A stretch of 64,000 nt of DNA from an uncultured Planctomycetota bacterium (GCA_963823665.1 CAWGMQ010000003.1:1841159-1905158), one strand, 5' to 3'. Numbered from the stretch's first letter, positions 11,136-22,332 are shown. The notes: a model not told the origin generated them from the sequence alone. Program-made: numbers and translations.

Positions 11136-14097
11136 ATGTTCGACGTGATCGGATTCGCAATGAAAAATGCTCTGTGTCGTCGGCCGGCGGCCTCGAGCGC
11201 AATGGTGTTATTCTTCGGCGGCGTGCTCGTCGTTCGCGTGTGATGCCGGGCATGCTGCGTCCGCTTCCGGTGCCGAGCAGCAGCAGCCACGTGCCGGGCC
11301 CGGCGGGGTTCAAAAGGAAGGCGCACCGCGCGCGGCGAAGGCGAACGGAAGTTGCTGGCGGATCTTGCCGCGGCGACTGGATCGTATGCCAATCACTATG
11401 ATGATGCGCAATTTGATCGAGAGATGGCGGCGGCTTTTCGGAGTTATGGGCTGGATCTTGACGCGGTTGATGCCAAGACGGCCGGAGCGCGACTGGCCGG
11501 ACATGCGGAGACGCCGGAGATCGCCGCGGCGATCGACATCTGGTCGCGCGTGCGGCGCAGGGGGTTGAAGGTCGCTTCCTGGCGCCGGTTAGTCGAGATC
11601 GCGCGGGCCGCCGATCCCGACCCGTGGCGGAATGCGCTGCGCGACCAGGCCGGCAAGCCATTGGCCGATGGACTGCCGGTGCTCAAAGCGCGGGCGGCGG
11701 GATGCTCAGGCGCTGGAAAAGCAGCCCGCCATGAGCTTGCTGCTCGTGGCTCGGATGCTCAACGAGGCCGACGACCGGCCGGCAGCCGCCGCGGTCTTGA
11801 AGGTCGCCAGGCGACGGTTTCCACGGGATTACTGGATCTGCATGATGGACGGAACGCTGAACCTCCAGGGAGCACCCAAACCTGATCCGGCCGAGGCCGC
11901 CCGTTCTTTCGCCGCGGCCATGGCGCTTGAGCCCCGCAGCGTGGCGGCGCACACGAATCTGGCGATCGCCCTGCACCGCGAGGGAAAGCTCGACGAGGCG
12001 AGCGAAAGAGCTGGACGAGGCAAGACGGCTCAAGCCCAGGACGGCAGATGCTCAACTGAGCTCTGGGTTACGCGCTCGAAGAAACCGGGAAGATCGATGA
12101 AGCGATTGCTGCGTACCGCGAGGCGATCCGGATCAAGCCGGGCGATGTCGAGGGTCACACGTACCTCGGCCATGTCTTATCACGCCGAAGAAACTACGAC
12201 GAGGCCATCACCGCTCTTCGCGAGGCGATCCGGATCGCGCCGGACGCGGATCTTTATTTCAACCTGGCCTTTGATCTGCAAGCGCAGGGAAAACTGGACG
12301 AGGCAATCGCGGCTTACGGAGAGGCGATCAAACTCAAGCACGACTCCTTCGATGCCCACTACAACCTGGGCACGGCCTTGTTCCAGCAGGGCAAGAAGGA
12401 AGAGGCGGAAGCAGAATTTGCCGTGGCGAGACGGCTCAAACCGGATGATCCGACTGCGCAGTTGATGGTCGGCTACGAACTGCAAACAGCGGGCAAGCTC
12501 GACGAAGCGATCGCCAAGTATCGCGAGGTGGTCCGGCGCAATCCCGGCAATTCCCAGGCTCACGGCTACCTCGGCGGTGCGCTTTCGCTACAGGGGAAAC
12601 ACGCCGAGGCCCTGGCGGCGCAGCGCGAGGCGGCCCGCCTCGCGCCGGATGACGCATTCCACAGGCTGGCCCTCGGGCATGCACTTGAGATGTCGGGCAA
12701 GCTCGACGAAGCAATCGCCTGCTATCGCGAGGCGACGAAGCTCGATCCCCGCGCTGCGCAGAGTTTTTTGTACCTGGGGCGAGCCCTCTCCGGGCAGAAA
12801 AAGTATGACGAAGCAGTCGTGGCTCTGCGCGAGGCGATCAAGCTCGCCCCAAAGGACGCCGAGGCCAAGGTTGCCCTTGGCCGCGTGCTCGTGGACGTTG
12901 ACAAGCTGGACGAAGCGATTGCGGTCTATCGCGAGGCGATCGAGCTCGCCCCAGATGACGCCTGGTCAAGGGCCGCCCTTGGCTATGCGCTCGGACAGAG
13001 CGGCAAGCCGGACGATGCGGCCGCGGCCTATCGCGAGGCGATACGCCTTGCGCCTGGTGACGCGCAGTCTCATCACGGGCTTGGTTACGCGCTCGCGGAA
13101 ACCGGCAAGCTGGACGACGCAGTCGGCGAGTACCGTGAAGCAATCCGGCTCAAACCGGACGAAGACGATTACCACGGCAGCCTGGGCTACGCTCTCCAGC
13201 GCCTAGGAAAGCTCGACGAAGCGATCGCTGCGTACTGGCAAGCAATTCGGCTCAAGCCGGACGATGCCACTCACCATTTCAATCTGGGCTGCGCCCTCTC
13301 GAGTCAAGGGAAGCTCGATGATGCGATCACCGCTTTCCGCGAGGCCATCCGGCTCAAACCGGACGATGCTCCGTTCCGTCAAAGCCTTGGCTACACGCTA
13401 CTGGAAACCGGCAAACTGGATGAGGCGGTTGGCGCCTACCGTGAGGCCATCCGGCTCAAACCCGATGAGGCCGTCTACCATGAGTCTCCTGGGCTATGTT
13501 CTGCAACTTCAAGATAAGCTCGACGACGCAGTCGCCGCCTTCCGCGAGGCCATCCGGCTCAAGCCCAACCAAGCGTCGCACCACAGCAGTCTAGGCCACG
13601 TACTGCGACGTCAGGAAAAGCTCGATGACGCAGTCGCCGCCTACCGCGAGGCGATCCGGCTCAAACCCGATGAGGCTGCCTACCATAACAGCGTGGGCTT
13701 CGCCCTGGAACTTCAGGAAAAGCTCGACGAGGCGATCGCGGCTTATCGAGAGGCGATCCGGCTCAAGCCCGAGGTAGCCCACTATCATCTCAGCCTGGGC
13801 CGCGCTCTGCAGCGTCAAGAGAAGCTCGACGAAGCGGTGGCTGCTTTCCGCGAGGCGATCCGGCTGAAGCCTGAAGTTGCCGACTATCATTTCTGCGTGG
13901 GGTGCGCTTTGCATCTTCAGGAAAAGCTCGACGAGGCGATCGCCGCCTTCCGTGATGCGATTCGGCTTGAGCCCAAGCACGCCGCGGCCCACTTCGCGCT
14001 CGGCACTGCCTTGATACAAGACGGCAATGAGGATGAAGGGCAGGCAGAAATCGCCGAAGCCAAGCGATTGGATCCGGACATCGACGCAGAGCCTTGA
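11136..14097 (+). pseudogene. Putatively exported TPR protein, paralog 2 (about 6 frameshifts; pseudogene or read errors)
   Basis: Same MF leader, same N-domain and TPR array spread over ORFs 11167, 11352, 11632, 12378 and 13264; ends DPDIDAEP. Confidence 0.75.
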
Positions 14098-14158
14098 TTG
14101 ATCTGTTGTCGTTTGGCGAGGATCGATCAAGAATCGGCTCCGCTGAAGAGGTCATCGC

Positions 14159-16677
14159 ATGTTTCGACTTGGTGTGCGCTTCGTGAAGAATGCCATATGT
14201 CGTCGACCGACGGTTTCTCGTGCAATGACGTTGGCAATTACTGCCGTCATGGCAATTGGATACTGCCTCGAGCCGACAGAAGCCGCGATCGGCGCACTTC
14301 AAACAGACTCTCGACCTCGCGACGGCGACGCTGAACGGAAGTTAATGGCTGAGCTCGATATGACGATCGATTCGCTTGCCGATCATCTTGATCGTGCGCA
14401 ATTCGATCGCGAATTTGGGGCGGCGTTCCGCCGGTACGGTCTGGATCTGGACGTGGTTGATCCCAAGGCCGCTGGAGCGCGGCTCGCCGGTCGCCCGGAA
14501 ACCCCTGCAATCGCGGCGGCAATTGACGATTGGTGTCGCACGCGCCGGATTTTCTTGGGAGTGGCGTCCTGGCGCAGGCTGGAGGAAGTTGCGCGGGCTG
14601 CTGACCCCGACCCCTGGCGCAATGCCCTCCGCGACCAGAATGACAAGCCGGTCGCGGATGCGCTGCGGGAATTTAAAGCACGGGCCGCAGATGCTCAGGC
14701 GCTCGAGAAGCAGCCGGCGGGCAGCTTGTTGCTTCTGTCTCGGTTGCTCGACAGGGCAGGTGCTCTGTCGGAAGCTGAGCCGGTTCTACAGGTCGCCAGA
14801 CGGCGGTTCCCGCGGGATTATTGGTTCTGCATGATGGAAGGTGGCATGCACGACGAGGCAGTCCCAAAGCCGGATCCGGCTGCGGCTGCCCGGGCGTACG
14901 CCGCGGCCGTGGCGCTGCGACCGCAGGGGGTGGTCGCCCATTCGTGTCTGGCATCCGCGCTGTATCGCCAGGGGAAGATTGCGGAGGCGACTCAGGAGCT
15001 CGACACCGCGATCCGGCTCCAATCCAAGAGCGCGTGGACGCAGCTCGAGCTGGGTTACGTACTCGAGGAAACGGGAAAGCTCGATCTGGCGATCGCCACC
15101 TACCGTGAGGCGATCCGGCTGAACCCGGCCGATGCGGAGGCCCCGGGCGCGTTGGGAAGTGCGCTTCTCACACAGGGAAAGTACGACGAGGCGGTGACGG
15201 TTCTACGAGAGGCGATTCGCCTGGCACCTGATGACGCTGACGCGCATGCCGAGCTCGCCTACGCACTTTCAGGAACCAGAAAGCCCGACGAAGCGATCGC
15301 TATGTACCGGGAGGCGATCCGCCTGGACCCAGGCAACGCTGCGGTGTACCACCGCTTAGGCAACCTATTAGGAGGTCAGGGCAAGTACGGCGAGGCGATC
15401 GCTGCGCTTCGCGAAGCAATCCGGATCGTGCCCGACGATTTCCGAAGTCAATTCGAACTTGGCCGCGCGTTGCATTCGCAGGGAATGCCGCAGGACGCAA
15501 TCGATGCATTTCGTGAGGCCATCCGGCTCAAACCCGACTACGCCGAGGCTCACTACTTGCTCGGATCCACATTGTTTGCACAGGGAAAGCAAGAAGAAGC
15601 CGAAGCAGAATTCGGCAAGGCAAGACAGCTCAAGCCCCTCGACCTGGATACACAGGTGTTGATCGGCTACGCACTCGAAACAGCGGGTAAGCTCGACGAA
15701 GCGATCGACAAGTATCGGGAGGCGATCAAGCGTGATTCGAACGACGGGGACGCTCAAGGCTATCTGGGCGCAGCCCTCTCGAAACAGGGAAAATACGACG
15801 AGGCAGTGATTGCTCTGCGCGAGGCCATTCGCCTCTTGCCCGATGTCGTGAATGCGCGCATCGAACTCGGCGCTGCACTATCGAGACGGGGCAAGCACGA
15901 CGAGGCAGTGACGGCTCTGCGAGAGGCGGTTCGCATCGCGCCGGATGACGTCGGGCGCCCGCATCGAGCTCGGATACGCGCTTGCAGAATCCGGCAAGAC
16001 GGACGAAGCCATTGCTGCCTATCGCGAGGCGGTCCGCCTTGGGCCCGACAACGCAGACGCGCATGTCGGCCTGGGTGCTGCACTTTCCAGAGCCGGCAAG
16101 ACGGACGAGGCGATCTCCGCTTACCGCGAGGCGATCCGGAACAAGCCGGGCGATGCCGGGCGCACTTGTATCTCGGACACGCGTTCACGCGCAGGAGAGG
16201 CTTGATGACGCGATCGCTGCGTACCGCGAGGTGGTCCGGCTGACGCCGGGCGATTCCCAGGCACACTTGTATCTTGGTAACGCACTTTTGCGCCGGGACT
16301 GGCTCGACGAGGCGATCACGGCGTTCCGTGAGGCGGTGCGCCTCGAGCCAACGGACCCCAGAAACCGCGTGAGCCTCGGCCTGGCTCTTCAGCGTGGCGA
16401 CAAGCTCGAGGAAGCAATCGTCGAGTTTCGTGAGGTGGTCCGGCTCGAGCCGACCAACGCCGTGAACCATTTGATCCTGGGCAGCGCACTGCGACAAGAC
16501 GACAAGCTCAACGAGGCGATCGCTGCCTTCCGCGAGGCGATTCGGCTCAAGCCCGACCTTGCCGTCGCCCACCTCGCCCTCGGCTCGGCCCTAGCTGCGA
16601 ACGGCAAGAAGGATGAAGCCGACGCCGAATTCGCTGAAGCAAAGCGATTGGATCCCAACCTCGACCCTTCGCCTTGA
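14159..16677 (+). CDS. Putatively exported TPR protein, paralog 3 (frameshifts near 15958 and 16160-16195)
   Basis: MFRLG leader, same N-domain, TPRs across ORFs 14159, 15945 and 15982; ends DPNLDPSP. Confidence 0.8.
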
Positions 16678-17066
16678 TCGCACTACGTTGGGGCTCCCAC
16701 TTCGGTACGAATGTTCACTGAAAGCTGGTCAGAAAACAACTTCCTGGGACGGACGTTGAGCGCGCCGCGGAGCGACACGAAGGCCGGTTCCCACGCCGAG
16801 CGTGGGAACGAGGGCTTCGTTGTTCATGACGGACTCGATGAAAATCGGCCGGTGGAGTCCGGTTCTATCAAGAGACTCTACCGGTGAGTTAGACCTTGCG
16901 GGTTTCATTGATCGTAGGCCACCCCCTCCATCTCAACGCAGTTTTACCAACATACGAAACCACTTCAACCATCAAACTAATTTTCAGAATTCCTCAGTCA
17001 CTCAGCCTACCCATATTGCAGATTTGGGTGCTGGGTAATGGGATCACTCTGAGGAAGGGGTGTTTA

Positions 17067-17342
17067 ATGAGACGCTCTGCTCTTTTGCTCGTTACGGGTC
17101 TCACGCTGGTGTCCTTGAGCGGTTGTCACTGGAACTGGTGGCACCATAAGCACCACCAAGACTATGCATACACAAATTATGATGCGTGTGGGTGCGATGG
17201 TGCATACGCGGGAACGATTGAACCCGCTCCCATCCCGCTATCGCACGTGATCTCCAGCTCGACGGGGGCAGTTCCCGGACCGCCGACCGTGGCGTCGCCG
17301 GCTCCCGCGGGCACAAAGATCTCGACGCCCACGAACAAGTGA
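17067..17342 (+). CDS. Small lipoprotein with His/Trp-rich N-terminus and Pro-rich tail
   Basis: MRRSALLLVTGLTLVSLSG|C lipobox; purine-rich RBS upstream. Confidence 0.75.
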   Translation: MRRSALLLVTGLTLVSLSGCHWNWWHHKHHQDYAYTNYDACGCDGAYAGTIEPAPIPLSHVISSSTGAVPGPPTVASPAPAGTKISTPTNK

Positions 17343-17756
17343 GCTTGCGATCGGCCGGGCACCTGCTTCAGCGAGAGCTTGGTAAACCTCGGGGCGCAGA
17401 ACCGTTGCGCCCCGGGACGGGTGGGGATCAAGCGTGCGGCTAATTCATTCCGCCGATCGATTGCAGACGTGGGATGACACCAGGTCGACCATCGCGAGTC
17501 TCTGCTGCTGCACGGATCAACGGAGGCACGCAACGTCGCGGACTGCAAGATAGGCGGGGTGCCCAGGTCAGAGAACATTGGTTGTAATTCTCCTGTACGG
17601 AGCATTGCTTTCTTTACGGCTTCGATCATTCGCCAAAAGCCAAGGCGACGGCCATTTGATCGTCGGAAAGACAATTACCCGCCGATCGGCTCGGAGGGTC
17701 GCCGGACAGCGCCGGCTCTTCGAGCGTGTCTGCGAATTGCGGTCGTGTGCGGAAGG

Positions 17757-17792
17757 GCCCTCACCCCTGCGCTCTCCAAGAGGGAGAGGGAG
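17757..17792 (+). repeat. REP-like palindromic extragenic element
   Basis: GCCCTCACCCC...CTCTCC...GGGAGAGGG; related copy at 47667-47701. Confidence 0.6.
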
Positions 17793-18037
17793 CGATACGT
17801 CGTCGCGTCGGATTCCTCAACAGGTACTGGCCCTTATCGCACGTTGAATTCGCAGACACGGTCTTTGAGGTTTTCTGGCGCCGAACGTGGTCTCCTGATT
17901 CCGGGATCTAGCCGTTTACCAGATGCTGGAAAAATCGCCGATTTAAACTAGCTTATGCAACGAACCCTTGGCAGAATTGGAATTGTGTCGAGGATGTGCG
18001 CGCGAGACCATGTCGACCCAGATCGGAGAAGCTGATC

Positions 18038-18440
18038 ATGGGATGGGTTGAAGAGCGCGTGGACGACTACGAGTGCGGGCATCGTGCGACTTGGCTCGAG
18101 AGGCGCGGCGCTCGAGCACGCCAACCCCGTGCATTTTGTGGTGACACTCGCGGCGGGCGCCGGGTTTGCGGCCGGGCTGTGGATGCACAACTGGCTCGCG
18201 ATCGGCGCTGCGGCGGTTGTTGCGTTATCGGGCCGCGTTTACTGCTGGACGTGGAAGCCGGCGATCAATCCGCATGAGAATGATGTTCCGGGACGGGGCG
18301 AGAGCAGGCGCCGTCAGGTCGACGCTTCGGGGTACGTTCGTGCTGGTAAGCTGGTCCGCGCCTTGAGCTGGTATGGCAGCCATGGCCGAGCCCGACGCGC
18401 CGCGCAGGCCCGAGATCAACGCGAGCGCGAGGCTTCTTAG
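18038..18440 (+). CDS. Small membrane protein (apparent +1 frameshift near 18107)
   Basis: GGAG RBS and MGWVEERVDDYECGHRATWLERR, joining ALEHANPVHFVVTL...GLWMHNW with two hydrophobic segments. Confidence 0.5.
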
Positions 18441-18928
18441 AACTGGTTGCGGACGTGGGTTGTCTTCCGGCGCGTGATCTTCTCGCGGATGGCGTCGAGC
18501 GAGGCCTTTTTTGTCTTCCCCGGGACGACGCCAAAGTGCTTGGCGACCTCGCTCAAGTCCTTGGCCGTCAGCTTGTCGAGCTTTTGCACCTCGGCGGCGA
18601 TGAACTCGTATGTCACGTCGTCGGAAGTGCATCGCTCGTAGAGCGAGCTGAGCAGGGTGCCGGCGTCTTCGATCGTGATCGCTGGCGCTTTTGGTTTCGT
18701 CGCTCGAGCGGCACGTGCGGGCTTGGCCTGTACTGGGAGAACGCCGGTACGCGCGTACTCTTCGGCGCGAACCAGGAAGCCGGCGAAGTCCTTGACCTGG
18801 TGCTCGGCGAACGGATTCAGGCCGTCACAGGCGCGCTCGAGATCGTCGAGGATTTCTTTCTTAGCGCCCGACGCTGCTAACGGGGTCGCGAGTGCTCTGA
18901 GAAAGCTCTGGAGATCGGCTACGCGCAT
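18437..18928 (-). CDS. ParA-associated protein with C-terminal HeH/Rho_N-like motif
   Basis: MRVADLQSFL...; C-terminal LTAKDLSEVAKHFGVVPGKTKKASLDAIREKI; start lies inside the 3' end of parA. Confidence 0.65.
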   Translation of the reverse strand: MRVADLQSFLRALATPLAASGAKKEILDDLERACDGLNPFAEHQVKDFAGFLVRAEEYARTGVLPVQAKPARAARATKPKAPAITIEDAGTLLSSLYERCTSDDVTYEFIAAEVQKLDKLTAKDLSEVAKHFGVVPGKTKKASLDAIREKITRRKTTHVRNQF

Positions 18929-20279
18929 AGTGTGGCAGTTCCTTGTTGATCTGGTCCGCGAGGTCGAGATAGGCCGCACCGAGCGTGGGATCAAGGGCGG
19001 GTAAAGGATAAGCGATGGGGTCATGCATGCGCAAGGCTGGAAAGAAGCGGATCGGCTCGCCCCATTGTTCCTGGCAGAGCGGGGCCAGCGAATCGAGCTC
19101 GGCCTGCTGTTTTTTCACAAGGGCATCGCCATAGTACTTGGCCTTGTTCCCGACCACGCCCATCACCGAGAGCTCCGGAAAGGCCGCCTTGCGCAGGTGT
19201 CGCAGCCAGCGCAAGAGGCGGGGAACAGCCGCGGCCGCGACGGCGTTCGGAAGCACGGGAATCATCACGTAATCACTGGCCGCGAGGGCGTTGACGCACC
19301 CGGTTGTGAGGCGCGGGGGACAGTCGAGCAGGATAAAGTCGAATCGGTCTGCGATCTCCGCGCGATGAAGAATTGCTCGCAGCCGATAGCGGATGTCGTC
19401 GTGGGTGATCTTGGCGTGCCAGGAATGGGCCATGGCCGTTTCAAGATTGCCGAATTCTTCATCGGCGGCAACGACGAAGATCTCGGAGTCGGGAACGTTC
19501 GTGGCGCGCTCGATCGCCTGCCGGAAACTCGCGAAGCCATCGCTCACATCCTTGAGCGCAGTGTGAATCAATCTTCGCGAAACAACGAGCTCGTCCATCT
19601 TCGCGGGCGAAAGCAGAAGCTGGGAGAGCGAGCTTTGATGATCGAGGTCGACCACGAGCACGCGCCAGCCGTGGTTTTTCATCGCAACGGCCAGATTCGC
19701 CGCGATGGTGGTCTTGCCGACACCACCCTTCAAGTTCACGAGCGATAGGATGGGAGTGCGGCGCTGACTCAGAGGCCGAAAGGGCGGCGAGCCATTCTCT
19801 GGAGCCGCTTCCCAGATGCGCCCGTCGGAGAGCGCAATCGCCTTCAGCTTGCTTTTCAACTCGGTAATGACACGCTTCGCAAGCTGATGCCGGTCGGAGA
19901 GGTATTGTTGGACCTGACGCTTCTTGAGCAGCTTTTGCTTGAGTCGCTCACATTCGGCGGAGAGAACCGCGGTGACGTTTTTCTGGCCCTGGAGCCCTCC
20001 GGTCAGCTCGAAAAGGCGTGACTTGAGCACATCGGCGTGCTTCTGGTAATGGTCGAGGTCGCCGCGATACCGTTTGTTCTCGGCGGAGAGGTCGGCGACC
20101 TGCTTTTCAAGGGCGCGGATCTCGCCTTCCGGTGAGCCGCTGCTCCGGATGCGGAGACGAAACTTCCAGAGGAAGAGAAAAGTGATCGCCAGTGCGGACA
20201 GGACCCCAAACACGAACGCCGGCAATTGATTGGAACGATGAAACCGTTCGATCAATTCGTAAAGGCCGGAGAAATTCAT
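18861..20279 (-). CDS. ParA/Soj family ATPase with N-terminal TM helix and coiled coil
   Basis: Deviant Walker A NLKGGVGKTT, VDLDHQSSLS, LLDCPP; TM segment AFVFGVLSALAITFLFLW. Confidence 0.88.
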   Translation of the reverse strand: MNFSGLYELIERFHRSNQLPAFVFGVLSALAITFLFLWKFRLRIRSSGSPEGEIRALEKQVADLSAENKRYRGDLDHYQKHADVLKSRLFELTGGLQGQKNVTAVLSAECERLKQKLLKKRQVQQYLSDRHQLAKRVITELKSKLKAIALSDGRIWEAAPENGSPPFRPLSQRRTPILSLVNLKGGVGKTTIAANLAVAMKNHGWRVLVVDLDHQSSLSQLLLSPAKMDELVVSRRLIHTALKDVSDGFASFRQAIERATNVPDSEIFVVAADEEFGNLETAMAHSWHAKITHDDIRYRLRAILHRAEIADRFDFILLDCPPRLTTGCVNALAASDYVMIPVLPNAVAAAAVPRLLRWLRHLRKAAFPELSVMGVVGNKAKYYGDALVKKQQAELDSLAPLCQEQWGEPIRFFPALRMHDPIAYPLPALDPTLGAAYLDLADQINKELPHYARSRSPELSQSTRDPVSSVGR

Positions 20280-20411
20280 CGGCGGGCAACTCGAGTGGCA
20301 CCGGAAAACATCTTGGACCTTCCTTCGTAACAGACGAGCAGTGTGTTATCAACGAGCAAATTGGCGACCCGAGCTCCAGAAAAGCCAATTAGTGACTTCG
20401 TGAGGGGGCAA

Positions 20412-21449
20412 ATGCCGGTGCCGGACCTTGACCGATTGGCCGGAACGCTTCTGGGAACGGCCATTGGCGACGCCTTGGGGCTCGCGACCGAGGGGATGTC
20501 GGCGCGCGTGATTGCGCGTCGGTTCGGGCGGGTCGAGCGGTTCCACCTGGTCGGCTCGAGAGGGTTGGTCTCCGACGATACGGAGCAATCTGCGCTCATG
20601 GCCCAAAGCCTGGCGAGGCATCCGGATGATCTCGAGCGCTGCGTGCGTTCGTTTCGGCGCTCGCTGTTCGGTTGGTTTTGCCGGTTGCCGTGGGGCGTGG
20701 GGATGGCGACCGTCCGCGCCTGCATCCGGATCGGCCTGGGTTTCGCTCGGAGCGGGGTTAACTCGGCGGGAAACGGAGCGGCGATGCGCGCGGCGATCAT
20801 CGGTGCATTCTTCGCCGACCGGCCACACGAACGAGAGAAGTTCGGTCGCGCACTGGCCGAAGTCACACATCGAGACCCGAGGGCGATCGAAGGCGCTCTC
20901 TACGTCGCAGAACTGGCCGCGGCATGCGCCCAGAGTCAGCCGGGAACTCGCCCCGAGATCTGCCAGCAAGCTGCCCGGCACTGCGTGTGCGGTGCGACGC
21001 TTGGTGCGGCCATCGACCGCGCACGAGACCTGGCGCTGCGGGGTGCCAGCACGGACGAGGCCATTCGATCATGCGGTACATCCGGGTTCGTGCTCGAGAG
21101 TGTGGCGTTCGCCACGTTTGGATTCGTCCGATACGGTTCTGACCCGCTTCTGGCGTTAACGGAAGTCATCGGCGCCGGCGGAGACACCGACTCAATCGCC
21201 GCAATCCTGGGTGCCTGGCTAGGCGCACTCCACGGCGAAGCCGGGCTTCCCCAGCCATTGATCGAGCGAATTCACGATGGGCCGTTTGGTCCGACGCACC
21301 TGAGAGCGCTCGCGGAATGCCTGGCGAGCATCCGCAGCGATGCACCGGCTTCCATTCCGCGCTACTCACTGATCGCGGCGCTTTTTCGAAACCTGCTTCT
21401 GTATCCGGTTGTGCTCGCTCATGGCTTTCGGAGGTTATTGCCGTTCTAA
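20412..21449 (+). CDS. ADP-ribosylglycohydrolase (DraG/ARH family)
   Basis: GTAIGDALG, SDDTE, SAGNGAAMR, VTHRD, GGDTDSIAA motifs. Confidence 0.92.
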   Translation: MPVPDLDRLAGTLLGTAIGDALGLATEGMSARVIARRFGRVERFHLVGSRGLVSDDTEQSALMAQSLARHPDDLERCVRSFRRSLFGWFCRLPWGVGMATVRACIRIGLGFARSGVNSAGNGAAMRAAIIGAFFADRPHEREKFGRALAEVTHRDPRAIEGALYVAELAAACAQSQPGTRPEICQQAARHCVCGATLGAAIDRARDLALRGASTDEAIRSCGTSGFVLESVAFATFGFVRYGSDPLLALTEVIGAGGDTDSIAAILGAWLGALHGEAGLPQPLIERIHDGPFGPTHLRALAECLASIRSDAPASIPRYSLIAALFRNLLLYPVVLAHGFRRLLPF

Positions 21450-21460
21450 ATCGCCTCAAT

Positions 21461-22240
21461 TCACGCCGTCATTCCGCCGTCAACCGCGATGACCTGGCCG
21501 GTCAAGTAGCTTGCGCCGGGGCTTGCCAGGTAGCGTACCAGATCTGCGATATCCTCGGGCGTTCCCAGCCGGCGCAGGGGCACTCGATCCTTGACTTCGG
21601 TCTTGATCTTCTCGGGAAGGACGTTGGTCATGTCGGTGGTGATGAAACCCGGCGCGACCACGTTCACCGTGATGTTTCGCGAGGCCAGCTCGCGCGCGAT
21701 CGTCTTGCTGAAACCGATGACGCCCGCCTTGCTGGCGGAATAATTCGCCTGCCCGGGGTTGCCCATCAAGCCCGAGACGCTGCTGATGTTGATGATTCGC
21801 CCATAGCGGCCGCGCATCATGCAGGCACCGACCGCGCGACAGAAGAGGAAGGTTCCCTTGAGATTCGTATCGACCACGTCATCCCAGGCCGAGTCTTCCA
21901 TACGCAGCACGAGTCCGTCGCGAGTGATCCCGGCGTTATTTACGAGGATGTGGATCTTACCGAACTTCGATTCGATCTCCTCGACCGCGCGCTGGACCTC
22001 ATCCGATTTCGAGACGTCGACGGCATACCCTTCGGCCGTGCCGCCCGCTTCGCGAATGGATTTGAGCGTTCCTTCCAGGCCTTCGAGGGTGCGGGCGACT
22101 GCGGCGATTGAGGCTCCGCAGGCTGCCAGACCGACGGCGATTGCCTGTCCGATGCCGCGGGAGGCACCGGTTACGAGTGCCACCTGCCCCGACAAGTCGA
22201 CCCGGCAGCCCGCCGGCGCTAAATTTTGGCCTTCTGCCAT
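21461..22240 (-). CDS. fabG: 3-oxoacyl-ACP reductase
   Basis: [32 protein letters not shown]. Confidence 0.96.
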   Translation of the reverse strand: MAEGQNLAPAGCRVDLSGQVALVTGASRGIGQAIAVGLAACGASIAAVARTLEGLEGTLKSIREAGGTAEGYAVDVSKSDEVQRAVEEIESKFGKIHILVNNAGITRDGLVLRMEDSAWDDVVDTNLKGTFLFCRAVGACMMRGRYGRIINISSVSGLMGNPGQANYSASKAGVIGFSKTIARELASRNITVNVVAPGFITTDMTNVLPEKIKTEVKDRVPLRRLGTPEDIADLVRYLASPGASYLTGQVIAVDGGMTA

Positions 22241-22302
22241 GATCGTGAATCCTCGAGAGAAGAGAGCTTACGCGGTCCGTCTCAAGCATCGCCGCCGACA
22301 CG

Positions 22303-22332
22303 GTTATAAACGGCGCCGTTTCGGGGGGGCAA
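22303..22332 (-). promoter_or_regulatory. Possible internal fabG promoter with a palindrome in the spacer
   Basis: Minus strand TTGCCC-N18-TATAAC; perfect palindrome AAACGGCGCCGTTT at 22308-22321. Confidence 0.35.

Noticed and set aside
9970..16200. Programmed frameshifting or phase variation in the TPR genes
   Set aside because: No shared slippery sequence or long homopolymer at the shift sites
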